Source: Nitrospirota bacterium (GTDB lineage Bacteria; Nitrospirota; UBA9217). From it: a stretch of 64,000 nucleotides of DNA. The position numbers and the translations under genes were made by a program. Below the pieces are notes generated by a model, which saw only the letters and a list, made by a program, of their open reading frames with translations, was not told the origin of the DNA and searched no databases. Each line of letters starts with the position of its first letter. Within the stretch, counting starts at the first letter, position 1. Below, in pieces: positions 48,192 through 58,041 of the stretch. Where the stretch lies: the NCBI GenBank assembly GCA_963840455.1, contig CAWIYV010000010.1, positions 192,001 through 256,000 on the forward strand, in the 5' to 3' direction.

Positions 48192-48944
48192 TCATCGCAC
48201 ACCGTTCTTCAGGCATCCGATCCCCTCGATCCGGACCTCTACCTCATCACCGGCCTGCAACGGCCCGATGCCGGCGGGGGTCCCGGTGATGATGAGGTCG
48301 CCGGGCTCGAGCGTCATGACCTGCGAGATGAAGCTGACGAGAAGATCGACGCCGAAGATGAACTGCGAGGTCCGCGACGACTGCCGCCGCTCCCCGTTCA
48401 CGTACGATTCGATAAGAAGGTCATCGGGGTCGAGGTCCGTTTGGATCCATGGCCCGATAGGGCAGAAGGTATCGAAGGACTTGGCCCGCGTCCATTGCCC
48501 GTCCTTCTTCTGGAGGTCCCGGGCGGTCACATCGTTGGCGCATGTGTAACCGAGGATGTGGTCCCGGGACGCTTCGGGAGGAATGCGGCTGACATGGTCC
48601 CGGACGACGATGCCCAGCTCCGCTTCGTAGTCGACCCGGGAGCTCATGGCGGGTCGTACGATCGTTTCGCCCGGACCGATCACACTGGTCGGCGGCTTGA
48701 GGAAAAGGATCGGGCTCTCCGGGACCTGCATGCCAAGCTCCCGGGCATGGTCCCGGTAGTTAAGGCCGACGGCGACGATCTTCGTCGGGACGCACGGTGC
48801 AAGGAGGATCACATCCGCGGTCCGGTGGTGCGCCCCGATGGACGAGAGCGAAGCGTATCCTTCGCCATCCAGCTCTGCAGTCTCATCGTTGTTCAGGATG
48901 CCGTATGCCGTCCTGCCGTGCACCAGGAACCGAACGAGCCGCAT
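48192..48944 (-). CDS. Fumarylacetoacetate hydrolase family protein
   Basis: KIVAVGLNYRDH, DYEAEL, NDVTARD, KSFDTFCP, TGTP. Confidence 0.92.
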   Translation of the reverse strand: MRLVRFLVHGRTAYGILNNDETAELDGEGYASLSSIGAHHRTADVILLAPCVPTKIVAVGLNYRDHARELGMQVPESPILFLKPPTSVIGPGETIVRPAMSSRVDYEAELGIVVRDHVSRIPPEASRDHILGYTCANDVTARDLQKKDGQWTRAKSFDTFCPIGPWIQTDLDPDDLLIESYVNGERRQSSRTSQFIFGVDLLVSFISQVMTLEPGDLIITGTPAGIGPLQAGDEVEVRIEGIGCLKNGVR

Positions 48945-48955
48945 CTCACGCTCCG

Positions 48956-49071
48956 TTGAAGCTCCCTGCAGCAAGCTACAGGGAATCTTCGATCTTCAGG
49001 GTAGAATGTTTATCCTAATCGCTCGCTAACCCCGCAGCAAGCTGTGGGGAATGCGCTCGCTCCTGAATTCA
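48956..49071 (+). mobile_element. ~116 bp two-hairpin repeat element, copy 3 (well preserved)
   Basis: TTGAAGCTCCCTGCAGCAAGCTACAGGGAAT...AACCCCGCAGCAAGCTGTGGGGAATGCGCTCGCTCCTGAATTCA. Confidence 0.85.
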
Positions 49072-49078
49072 CCTGCTG

Positions 49079-49105
49079 AAAAAAACCGCCGACCTCGGTC
49101 GGCGG
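49079..49105 (-). terminator. Terminator after dsbC
   Basis: CCGCCGAC-CGAG-GTCGGCGG-TTTTTTT. Confidence 0.8.
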
Positions 49106-49180
49106 AGCATGACTTCTACAGAAAATAGCGGTACAGCCCGCCTCTGATGGTGGTCACGGGTCGCTGCCCCCGGGCAGAAG

Positions 49181-49945
49181 TTATTTACCGTCGATCCACT
49201 CGATGAGCTTGTCCGCAGGCATTGTCCCGCTCATCAGCGTGCCGTCCTCCCGGATCAGCGTCGGCGTTCCGTTGACGTTCAGCTCCCTGCCCATCGCAAT
49301 GATCCGCTCCAGCGCCTCATTGGAACATTTCGGCTCGGGCACGGCCTTGCCGGAGAATGCGTCGTCAACGAGGGTCAGGGACTTCTCGCACAGGGCGGCC
49401 TGCGCCTTGGGATATGCTTCCTTGTGCATCGGTAGCGGGAACAGGAGCAGGTAGAAAGCAATGTCCTTCCGTTTTGCGATCGCCTGTTTCATCTCCTCAT
49501 GCAGTTTCCGGCAATAGGGGCAGTCGGGATCGGTGAATACCGCGACCTTCTTCTTCGGGTTCTTCGCCCCCAATACCACGGCATCCTTCAGAGACACCTT
49601 GGAGAAATCGACCTTTTGCGGTTTTGCCTGCTGCTCCGCCTGGCGGATAGCAAAATCCAGCGGCACGAGCTGCGACGTCAGGTACTTCTTGGTGAAATCC
49701 AGGTAGATCCCGCCTCGCTGGCCGTTCATTTCCACTTCGATCACCCAGAAGCCCTTCACCGGCGCCATCTTGACGTCGGTCACCGTGGCTGCCGGGAGGA
49801 GCTTCTTGATGATATCCTCGGCGTCCTTCTTTTCCAGTTTATGGCAGTCAAGGCAGTTCCCCGTCTTATCAGGCGGGAAGGCCTGAGCACCGGCCGGCGC
49901 GAGGAGCAGCAGACATCCGATCAACAGCACATGCACTTTGTTCAC
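49181..49945 (-). CDS. dsbC: DsbC-like thiol:disulfide interchange protein with N-terminal CxxCH
   Basis: Signal peptide AQA; CLDCH; FTDPDCPYC; GTP cis-Pro motif; GTG start after AAGGAG. Confidence 0.85.
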   Translation of the reverse strand: MNKVHVLLIGCLLLLAPAGAQAFPPDKTGNCLDCHKLEKKDAEDIIKKLLPAATVTDVKMAPVKGFWVIEVEMNGQRGGIYLDFTKKYLTSQLVPLDFAIRQAEQQAKPQKVDFSKVSLKDAVVLGAKNPKKKVAVFTDPDCPYCRKLHEEMKQAIAKRKDIAFYLLLFPLPMHKEAYPKAQAALCEKSLTLVDDAFSGKAVPEPKCSNEALERIIAMGRELNVNGTPTLIREDGTLMSGTMPADKLIEWIDGK

Positions 49946-50076
49946 AATAGACTCCTTCCCATGGAGCCCCTCCGGCAGGAGCCGAAGGAGCCAAAGATTA
50001 CGCCGCATCCTTCTGAGACGGACACCATGGCCCGTGGCGGCCGCGCGGCAACATACCCCGCGGTGACCTGCGCCTC

Positions 50077-50880
50077 CTATTTCAGGCCCAGCACGTCCTG
50101 CATATCGTAGAGGCCGGGCTTCTTGCCGACGACCCACTTCGCGGCGCGCACGGCCCCTCGCGCGAACATGTCGCGCGTGTGCGCCCGGTGTGTCAGTTCG
50201 ATCCGTTCGCCCATCCCGATGAAATAGACCGTGTGCTCGCCCACGATGTCTCCGCCGCGGACCGTCTGCATGCCGATCTCCTCGTTCGTCCTGACACCGG
50301 TCACGCCCTCACGGTGATACTTGGCTGCCTTCTGGTAATCGCGGCCAAGCGCTTTGGCAACGACCTCGCCCATGCGCACGGCCGTGCCGGAGGGGGCGTC
50401 CTTCTTCAATCGGTGATGCCATTCAACGATCTCGGCATCGAACTCGGGGCCCAGGATCTTCGCCAGGTCGGCGAGCACCTTGAAGCAGACGTTCACTCCC
50501 ACGCTCATATTCGGCGACAGCACGCACGGCACCTTCTGGACGAGCTTTGCGACCTCGGCCATCTGCTCCTTGGTGAAGCCGGTAGATCCGATGACGATCG
50601 CTTTTCCCTGTTCAGCACAGACCTTGAGATTCCCGAGGCTGGCCTCGGGAAAGGTAAAATCGATCAGCACGTCGCCGGACCTGACCGCGGCGCCCAGATC
50701 ATCGACGATCTTGATGCCTGTCGCCGCGATGCCCGCAAGCCCGCCGGCGTCCTGGCCGAGCAGGGTGTGGCCCTTCCGCTCCAGTGCGCCGCCGAGCGCG
50801 ATGCCTTCCGACGTCGAGAGCACGTTGATGATGCGAGAACCCATCCGGCCTGCGGCGCCGGTCACGATCGCTTTGATCAT
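50077..50880 (-). CDS. dapB: 4-hydroxy-tetrahydrodipicolinate reductase
   Basis: GAAGRMG, EWHHRLKKDAPSGTA, RGGDIVGEH. Confidence 0.96.
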   Translation of the reverse strand: MIKAIVTGAAGRMGSRIINVLSTSEGIALGGALERKGHTLLGQDAGGLAGIAATGIKIVDDLGAAVRSGDVLIDFTFPEASLGNLKVCAEQGKAIVIGSTGFTKEQMAEVAKLVQKVPCVLSPNMSVGVNVCFKVLADLAKILGPEFDAEIVEWHHRLKKDAPSGTAVRMGEVVAKALGRDYQKAAKYHREGVTGVRTNEEIGMQTVRGGDIVGEHTVYFIGMGERIELTHRAHTRDMFARGAVRAAKWVVGKKPGLYDMQDVLGLK

Positions 50881-50960
50881 AAAGAATCTCCTTCCGTCAA
50901 CTGCCTAGCCGGCCAGCTTGCAGGCTTGTAAGCTCATTCTCTGCGGTGAATACAGTGGGT

Positions 50961-51833
50961 CTAGATCAGCCCGTAGTCTTTCAGCGCCTTCTTCAGCTTG
51001 TCCTTGTTCGCATCGGCTATGGGACAGAGGGGGAGCCGGAACTCCTCGGCGATCTTCCCCATGAGCGCAAGCGACGTCTTCACCGGAATGGGGTTCGTCT
51101 CGATGAACATCGGTCCGTGGAGCGGCTCCAGCTTGAAGTGGTACTTGAGCGCCTCTTCCCTCTTCCCGGCAAAGAACGCATCGAACATGGCCGCGGCGTC
51201 CGCGGGCGCGATGTTCGCCGTCACCGAGATTGCCCCCACACCGCCCAGGCACAGGAGCGGGAGTGTGGTGAAATCGTCGCCGGAGATGACGTCGAAGTCC
51301 GTTCCGCAGAGCCGGATAAGCTCGCTCACCTGCTTCATATCGCCGGTGGCCTCCTTGATGCCCACGATGTTCTTGAACGTCCTGAGCCGCGCCACCGTGG
51401 ATGGTAGCATGTTCACGCTGGTCCTGCCCGGCACGTTGTACAGGATGATAGGGATGTCCACGGATTCCGTCACCTTCTTGAAATGAAGGAACAGGCCCTC
51501 CTGCGTGGGCTTGTTGTAATAGGGCGTGATGAGCAGAACGCCGTTGGCGCCCGCCTTCTTAGCATAATTGGCAAGTTCGAGGGTCTCCGTGGTCGAGTTC
51601 GATCCGGCGCCGGCCACGACCGGGACACGTTTGTTCACGGCCTTGACCGTGAACTCCACCACGCGGTGGTGCTCCTCATGAGAGAGCGTGGCCGACTCGC
51701 CCGTGGTCCCGCAGGGGACGATCACATCCGTGCCGTTCTTGATCTGGAACTCGATAAGGTCACCGAGGGCCTTTTCATCCACTTTGCCGTTCCTGAACGG
51801 CGTCACGATCGCAACCATTGAACCCTTGAACAT
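50961..51833 (-). CDS. dapA: 4-hydroxy-tetrahydrodipicolinate synthase
   Basis: GTTGES, PYYNKP, YNVPGRT, GIKEA, ETNPIPVK. Confidence 0.96.
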   Translation of the reverse strand: MFKGSMVAIVTPFRNGKVDEKALGDLIEFQIKNGTDVIVPCGTTGESATLSHEEHHRVVEFTVKAVNKRVPVVAGAGSNSTTETLELANYAKKAGANGVLLITPYYNKPTQEGLFLHFKKVTESVDIPIILYNVPGRTSVNMLPSTVARLRTFKNIVGIKEATGDMKQVSELIRLCGTDFDVISGDDFTTLPLLCLGGVGAISVTANIAPADAAAMFDAFFAGKREEALKYHFKLEPLHGPMFIETNPIPVKTSLALMGKIAEEFRLPLCPIADANKDKLKKALKDYGLI

Positions 51834-51877
51834 AACAGCCTCCTTGTGTTGATCCGTGCCGGGACGATGTTTCTCCG

Positions 51878-52690
51878 CTAACAGTACAGCGTCCCTTCGC
51901 ACACGACCGTTGCTTCACCCTCGAGATACAGGTCGATGAACTCTTCGCCTTCGCGCGTAAAGGTAGCGACGAGCCGGTCACCGCCCCGCGTGGTGACCGT
52001 GACCGGCGATGCAGCCCTTCTGAGGGATGCAGCGATAAGCGCAGCAGCCACCGCACCGGTCCCGCATGCGAGGGTCTCCCCCTCGACGCCGCGCTCATAG
52101 GTCCGGATGCGCAGCTTGTGCGGACCGTCGATCTGGACGAAGTTCACGTTCGTGCCTGCGGGCTTGAAGAGCTCATGCCAGCGCGTAGCACTGCCCACGG
52201 CCTGGACGTCCTCGCCGTCGAGGTGGTCGGAAAAATAGACCAGGTGCGGCACGCCGGTATTGATGAAGTGTCCGGTGCGCGTCCCACCCGCCACCGGGAC
52301 GGCGATGTTCTGCCGCAGGCCGCCGGCGCCCGTCATCTGCACCCGGACCGTCCCCTTCTTCACCTCGGCGTGGATGATGCCCGCCAGGGTCTCGAAGGAC
52401 ATCTTCTTCGGGGCGATCTTCCTGAGAACGGCAAACCGTGCGGCGCAGCGCGAGCCGTTGCCGCACATCTCGGCCTCGCTCCCGTCAGCATTGAAGAACC
52501 GCCACTTGAAGTCGGCCTTCTTCGACGGCACGATCACAATGAGCCCGTCGGCGCCCACGGAACGGTTCCGGTGACAGACCGTCTTCGCCAGTCCGCTGAG
52601 GCCCTTCCCCTTCAGGATGCCCCGGCGGTTGTCGATCAGGATGAAATCGTTGCCGTTCCCCTGGATCTTATAAAAAGGAATCTTTTTCAT
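51878..52690 (-). CDS. dapF: Diaminopimelate epimerase
   Basis: GNDF, EMCGNG, ERGV..ETLACGTG. Confidence 0.96.
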   Translation of the reverse strand: MKKIPFYKIQGNGNDFILIDNRRGILKGKGLSGLAKTVCHRNRSVGADGLIVIVPSKKADFKWRFFNADGSEAEMCGNGSRCAARFAVLRKIAPKKMSFETLAGIIHAEVKKGTVRVQMTGAGGLRQNIAVPVAGGTRTGHFINTGVPHLVYFSDHLDGEDVQAVGSATRWHELFKPAGTNVNFVQIDGPHKLRIRTYERGVEGETLACGTGAVAAALIAASLRRAASPVTVTTRGGDRLVATFTREGEEFIDLYLEGEATVVCEGTLYC

Positions 52691-52700
52691 GTTCGTCTCT

Positions 52701-52734
52701 GATGCGGGGCTCCCTGTCTCCCCGTCTCCGCGTC
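52701..52734. repeat. 8-mer tandem repeat (TCCSYGTC)
   Basis: tccctgtc-tccccgtc-tccgcgtc; same family as 9681-9700 and 58005-58037. Confidence 0.55.
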
Positions 52735-52747
52735 GACCTGTCCGGCG

Positions 52748-54010
52748 CTACCCTTCCAGCCATCGCGGGAGCTTCTCGCCTTTCACCAGGTCATTGTAGG
52801 TCTCGCGTTCGCGCACGACGTAATAATCATTTCCCCGCACCAGCACTTCGGCCACCCGGGGACGGGAGTTGTAGTTGGACGCCATGGAGAATCCGTAGGC
52901 GCCGGCGCCCATGACCGCCAGAAGCTCGCCTTGCTTCACCGCCGGCATCTCGCGGTCCTTGGCGAGAAAGTCGCCGGACTCGCAGATGGGCCCCACCACG
53001 TCCACCACGACGTTCGCCGGCTGTTCCTGCCTGGCAACGGGCCGGATATCGTGATAGGCCTCGTACAGGCTCGGGCGGATGAGATCGTTCATACCCGCAT
53101 CCACGATCACGAACTTCTTTTCGCCGCTTTTCTTGTGATAGAGCACCTTGGTGACCAGGATCCCTGCGTTGCCCACGATGGCCCTGCCGGGCTCCATGAC
53201 GATCGTGCAGCCGCACTCCTTGAGGAGCGGCTGGACAGCCTGGGCCACGTCCTTCGGCAGCGGCGGCGTCTCGTCCTTGTACGTGATGCCGAGGCCGCCC
53301 CCCATGTTGATGTACTTGATGCCGATGCCTGCCGTTCGGAGCTCTTTCACGAAGCCCGTGACCTTGGTGAGCGCGTCGACGAACGGCTGGATCTCAGTGA
53401 TCTGCGAACCGATGTGCTGGTGGATGCCGACGACCTCGATGTTCGTAAGGCCTTTCGCGACCTGGTAATGCTCCAGCGCCTGCTCGAGGGGAATGCCGAA
53501 CTTGTTCTCCTTGAGCCCCGTGGAGATGTACGCGTGGGTCCGGGGATCGATGTCCGGGTTCACGCGCAGGGCGATCCGCGCATTCGTACGCATGTCCTTG
53601 GCCGCACGGTCGATGGCCTGCAGTTCGTCGCCCGACTCGACATTGAACATGAGGATGTCCATCTTGAGCCCGTACTCGATCTCGTCGCGCCGCTTGCCCA
53701 CGCCGGCGTACACGATCTTCTTGGGATCGATCCCGGCCCGGAGCGCGCGGAAAAGCTCCCCTCCGGAAACGATATCGGCGCCCGCGCCCTCCCGGCCCAG
53801 CACCCGGAGGACCGCCGCGCCGGGGTTCGACTTCACGGCAAAACAGATGAGATGCGGCACTCCGGCGAAGGCCCGGTCAAAGGCGCGGAAATGGCTGGCC
53901 AGTGTGTTGCTGCTGTAGCAATAGAACGGCGTCCCCACGCGCTGGGCGATGGTCCGGAGCGGAACCCCCTCGCAATGAAGCTCCCCGTTCTTGTATTCGA
54001 AATCGTGCAT
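52748..54010 (-). CDS. lysA: Diaminopimelate decarboxylase
   Basis: FAVKSN, HIGSQI, GGGLG, EPGR, GPICESGD, GAYG..MASNYN. Confidence 0.96.
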   Translation of the reverse strand: MHDFEYKNGELHCEGVPLRTIAQRVGTPFYCYSSNTLASHFRAFDRAFAGVPHLICFAVKSNPGAAVLRVLGREGAGADIVSGGELFRALRAGIDPKKIVYAGVGKRRDEIEYGLKMDILMFNVESGDELQAIDRAAKDMRTNARIALRVNPDIDPRTHAYISTGLKENKFGIPLEQALEHYQVAKGLTNIEVVGIHQHIGSQITEIQPFVDALTKVTGFVKELRTAGIGIKYINMGGGLGITYKDETPPLPKDVAQAVQPLLKECGCTIVMEPGRAIVGNAGILVTKVLYHKKSGEKKFVIVDAGMNDLIRPSLYEAYHDIRPVARQEQPANVVVDVVGPICESGDFLAKDREMPAVKQGELLAVMGAGAYGFSMASNYNSRPRVAEVLVRGNDYYVVRERETYNDLVKGEKLPRWLEG

Positions 54011-54014
54011 GGCG

Positions 54015-55085
54015 TTACCTGATCTTTTCCGTGTAGGTCTTCTGCTCTTTTGAGCGGCGGCTCTCGTTCCCGCTCTTGTCCACGGCGGTGATGAAGTAGT
54101 AGTACGTTGTGCCCTGTTTCACCGTCTCGTCGGAGAAGGTCGACCGGTTGAGCGGCTTAGCCGTGAGCCGCTCGTAGCCGGCGCCGCTCTTGACCGACCG
54201 GTAGACATGGTATCCAGCCAGATCGCTCTCCTTGTTCTCGCTCCAGGTGAGGAACACGCGTCCGATGCCCGGAACCACCGTGATGTTCGTCGGCGGCCCG
54301 GGAGGGGTCGTGTCCCGCGGCGTGGCCGAGACCTCGATCGAGTCGAGGCTCTCCTGCCACGGTTTCACCGGGCTGTCCACGCTGCGGACACGGTAGTAAT
54401 ATTGTTTGTCGTTGGCGACAGTTGTGTCACGGTACATGGCAGCCGCTACTGGCTCCCTGTTCAGCGGCGCTTCATCATACTTGCCCGGTCCCGTCCCACG
54501 GTAGATGACGTACCCCACGAATCCCTGATGCAGGCTGCCGTCGGACTTCGTGGTGACGGCGTCCCACGTGAGCGTCACGACGGTGTCCCCGCTCTCCGCG
54601 GCGAGATTCTTCGGCGGGGAAAGCGACAGGAGCGGCGCTGCCCGCACCTCGTCCGAATACCCGCTCACGCCACCCTTCATGCTGTACGCCCTGACGCGGT
54701 ACACGTACACCCTGCCGTACTGCAGGCCGGTGTCGCTCCAGTTCACGATGCCGTTCCGCACCTCCGCGGGCGCGGGATTCGCCATGCTGATCTCGGCTAC
54801 CTGCCGGTAGAGCGGCCGCTTCCGGTCGCGGCCTGCTTCTGCCCGATAGACCCGGAAGCCCCTGATCTCCGCGGGGTCCAGGTTCTTGCCCTCCACGTTC
54901 TTCGCAGGAAACGGCCAGGAGAGATAGGCCACCGCGTCCCGCACGGCGACCCTGATGCCGGTCACGGCAGCGGGCCGCGGGCTGTCGGGCGTGATGGGGT
55001 CAGTCTTCCTTCCGCAGGAGACCGCCGACACAAGAAGAAGGACCGCGGCCGCTGCAAGAACTGCTCTGCGCGGTCCGGTGTTCAT
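54015..55085 (-). CDS. Lipoprotein with LptM-like N-terminus and three fibronectin-III-like domains
   Basis: Lipobox AVSC-GRKTDPITP; repeats L.W...GY.(V/I)YR...D..V..G..YYY.(V/I). Confidence 0.78.
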   Translation of the reverse strand: MNTGPRRAVLAAAAVLLLVSAVSCGRKTDPITPDSPRPAAVTGIRVAVRDAVAYLSWPFPAKNVEGKNLDPAEIRGFRVYRAEAGRDRKRPLYRQVAEISMANPAPAEVRNGIVNWSDTGLQYGRVYVYRVRAYSMKGGVSGYSDEVRAAPLLSLSPPKNLAAESGDTVVTLTWDAVTTKSDGSLHQGFVGYVIYRGTGPGKYDEAPLNREPVAAAMYRDTTVANDKQYYYRVRSVDSPVKPWQESLDSIEVSATPRDTTPPGPPTNITVVPGIGRVFLTWSENKESDLAGYHVYRSVKSGAGYERLTAKPLNRSTFSDETVKQGTTYYYFITAVDKSGNESRRSKEQKTYTEKIR

Positions 55086-56503
55086 TTCACCAGCTTCTTG
55101 AGCGCTGCGAGCCGCTTTTTGAGGTTTGCCGGGGCGGTGCCGCCGTAGGAGATCCGCCTGCCGACCGACGCATCGACGGACAGCGACCGGTACACATCGT
55201 TGGTGATGAGCGCCGAGAGCTTCTTATACTCGGCGAGCGGCAGGTCCTTGAGGCCGCAGGTCAGTTCGAGCGCCTTGAGCACCGCCCTGCCCACGACTTC
55301 GTGGGCCTGGCGGAACGGCAGCCCTTTCCGGACCAGATAGTCTGCAAGGTCCGTTGCGGTGATGAAGCCGTCCTCGGCGGCATGCCGCATCACGTCCCGG
55401 TGGACGGTGATGCTGTCCAGCATCGCCGCCATCACCGCCAGCGCCTGGCTCACCGTGTCGGCGGTGTCGAAGACCGGTTCCTTGTCCTCCTGCATGTCCC
55501 GGTTGTACGACAGGGGAAGCCCCTTCATGATCGCAAGAAGGGCCATCAGGTTTCCGAAGACCCTGCCCGCCTTGCCCCGCGACAGCTCGGCCACGTCGGG
55601 ATTCTTCTTCTGCGGCATGATGGACGAGCCGGTGGTGAAGGCATCGGCAATCGTGATGAAGCCGAACTCTGCCGACGACCACAGCACAAGCTCCTCGGCA
55701 AGCCGGGAGAGATGAACCATGATCTGGCTGCACGCGGACACGAACTCGACAGCAAAGTCGCGGTCCGACACGGCGTCCATGCTGTTCTCTGCGATGCCGC
55801 CGAACCCGAGCAGGTCTCCCACCATCTTCCGGTTAATAGGCAGCACCGTTCCCGCTAGTGCGCCGGCACCAAGCGGCATGATATTCACCCGGCGGTAGCA
55901 GTCCGCCAGGCGGTCGCGGTCCCGCTCGAACATCTCATAGTAGGCGAGCAAATGGTGACCGAACAGCACCGGCTGTGCCCGCTGGAGATGGGTATAGCCC
56001 GGCATCACGGCGTCCTGGTTCCGATCGGCGAGGCCGATGACCGTCTTCTGCAGCCCCCGAAGGAGCCGCCGGATCTCCATGATCTCGTCCCGGAGATACA
56101 TGCGGAGGTCCAGGGCCACCTGGTCGTTCCTGCTCCGTGCCGTATGGAGCTTGCCGCCCACCGGCCCGATCTTCCGGACCAGCCTGTTCTCGATGTTCAT
56201 ATGGATGTCTTCCAGCTCCATGCTGAACTCGAGCTTGCCGTCGGTGATCTCCTGGAGGATGCCCTTGAGCCCGTTGATGATCTTCCGGGCTTCTCTCTCC
56301 GTGATGATCCCGGTCTTGCCCAGCATGGCTGCATGGGCGACGCTGCCGGCGATATCGTAGGGGAAGAGGCGCCAGTCATACTGGATCGACGCGGTATACT
56401 CCTCCACGAGCGCGTTCGTCGCTTCGGTGAACCGGCCGCCCCAGGGCTTCCGCACCTTTTCCTTCTTGGCGCCTTTTTTCTTTTTAGCTGTTCGTTGTGC
56501 CAT
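55082..56503 (-). CDS. argH: Argininosuccinate lyase
   Basis: WGGRF, HTARSRNDQ, PGYTHLQRAQP, GSSIMPQKKNPD. Confidence 0.97.
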   Translation of the reverse strand: MAQRTAKKKKGAKKEKVRKPWGGRFTEATNALVEEYTASIQYDWRLFPYDIAGSVAHAAMLGKTGIITEREARKIINGLKGILQEITDGKLEFSMELEDIHMNIENRLVRKIGPVGGKLHTARSRNDQVALDLRMYLRDEIMEIRRLLRGLQKTVIGLADRNQDAVMPGYTHLQRAQPVLFGHHLLAYYEMFERDRDRLADCYRRVNIMPLGAGALAGTVLPINRKMVGDLLGFGGIAENSMDAVSDRDFAVEFVSACSQIMVHLSRLAEELVLWSSAEFGFITIADAFTTGSSIMPQKKNPDVAELSRGKAGRVFGNLMALLAIMKGLPLSYNRDMQEDKEPVFDTADTVSQALAVMAAMLDSITVHRDVMRHAAEDGFITATDLADYLVRKGLPFRQAHEVVGRAVLKALELTCGLKDLPLAEYKKLSALITNDVYRSLSVDASVGRRISYGGTAPANLKKRLAALKKLVK

Positions 56504-56586
56504 GGTTTTTCTTCGTGCTGAAGGTACGAAGTTGAGAAGGTGGGACTCGGCAATAGCCTTGTCCCCGCCTTGTTGCCTCCCCCCTC

Positions 56587-57789
56587 TTACCCTCTCGCCT
56601 TTGCTCCCACCCTCAGCCGCAGGGCGTTCAAGCGGATGAAGCCTTCGGCGTCCTTCTGATCGTACACCGTGTCGGCCTCGAAGGTCGCGAGGTCCGGACG
56701 GTAGAGCGAGACGGCTGATTTCCGTCCGACGACGTCGCAGTTCCCTTTGTACAGCTTAATGCGCGCCGTGCCGGTCACGTTCTTCTGTGCCTCGTCGATG
56801 GCGGTCTGGAGCATGGCACGCTCGGGCGAGAACCAGTACCCGTAGTACACGAGTTCGGCATACCGGGTGATCAGGCTGTCCCGGAGGTGCAGCACCTCAC
56901 GGTCCATGGTGATGGATTCGACCGCCCGGTGCGCGGCATGGAGCAGCGTGCCGCCCGGCGTTTCGTACACGCCGCGTGACTTCATGCCCACATAGCGGTT
57001 CTCGACGAGGTCCACGCGGCCTACACCGTGCGCTCCGGCAATGCGGTTCGCCTCTGTCAGGAGCGCCGCCGGCGCAAGTTTCCTGCCGTTGATCGCCACG
57101 GGATTCCCAACCGCGTATTCCACCTCGGCATACTCGGCCTTGTCCGGCGCCTTTTCCACCGGAACTGCCATGGTATACATGTCCGCCGTGGATTCCTCCC
57201 ACGGATCCTCGAGCACGCCGCCTTCGTAGCTGATGTGCAGGAGGTTCCGGTCCGTCGAGAACGGCTTCGACTTGGTCGCCGTCACCGGGATCTTGTGCTT
57301 TGCCGCATAGTCGATCAATTCCTCGCGGCCTTTCATGGTCCATTCGCGCCAGGGCGCGATGATCTTCACACCGGGCTTGAGCGCGAAGTAGGTCAGCTCG
57401 AACCGGACCTGGTCGTTCCCCTTGCCCGTGGCGCCGTGGCAAACCGCGTCGGCGCCCTCTTTCTCGGCGATCTCGATCTGGCGCTTGGCGATGAGCGGCC
57501 GGGCAATGGAAGTGCCGAGGAGGTAGCGGCCTTCGTAAACGGCATTCGCCCGGAGCAGGGGAAACACGAAGTCCCGCACGAACTCCTCGCGGAGGTCGTC
57601 GATGTAGATCTTCGAGGCGCCGGTCCTGATCGCCTTGTCGCGGAGCGGCTCCAGTTCTTCACCCTGGCCGATATCGGCCGTGAAGGCGATGACCTCGCAG
57701 CCGTAAGTCTCCTTGAGCCACGTGATGATGACCGAGGTGTCCAGGCCGCCGGAATAGGCGACGACGATCTTCTTGATGTTCTGTTTCAA
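56587..57789 (-). CDS. argG: Argininosuccinate synthase
   Basis: [32 protein letters not shown]; TTG start. Confidence 0.97.
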   Translation of the reverse strand: MKQNIKKIVVAYSGGLDTSVIITWLKETYGCEVIAFTADIGQGEELEPLRDKAIRTGASKIYIDDLREEFVRDFVFPLLRANAVYEGRYLLGTSIARPLIAKRQIEIAEKEGADAVCHGATGKGNDQVRFELTYFALKPGVKIIAPWREWTMKGREELIDYAAKHKIPVTATKSKPFSTDRNLLHISYEGGVLEDPWEESTADMYTMAVPVEKAPDKAEYAEVEYAVGNPVAINGRKLAPAALLTEANRIAGAHGVGRVDLVENRYVGMKSRGVYETPGGTLLHAAHRAVESITMDREVLHLRDSLITRYAELVYYGYWFSPERAMLQTAIDEAQKNVTGTARIKLYKGNCDVVGRKSAVSLYRPDLATFEADTVYDQKDAEGFIRLNALRLRVGAKARG

Positions 57790-57798
57790 TTGGGTCCT

Positions 57799-57914
57799 TT
57801 GAAGGTCCCTGCAGCAGGTTGCAGGGAATCTTCGATCCTTAAGGAAAGCTTTTTATCCTAATCGTTCGCTAACCCCGCAGTAAGCTGCGGGGATTGCGCT
57901 CACTCCTGGATTCA
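57799..57914 (+). mobile_element. ~116 bp two-hairpin repeat element, copy 4
   Basis: TTGAAGGTCCCTGCAGCAGGTTGCAGGGAAT...AACCCCGCAGTAAGCTGCGGGGATTGCGCTCACTCCTGGATTCA. Confidence 0.85.
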
Positions 57915-58041
57915 GCACATCAAAGCCAACGACAGCGTTCTGGTAACCGGAGAGGTCGCGGGAGGATACAGAATCTCACGATACTGAGACGCAGCCATTT
58001 TTTATCCCCCTCTCTCCGCGTCCCCCTTCCCCGTGTCGGCC

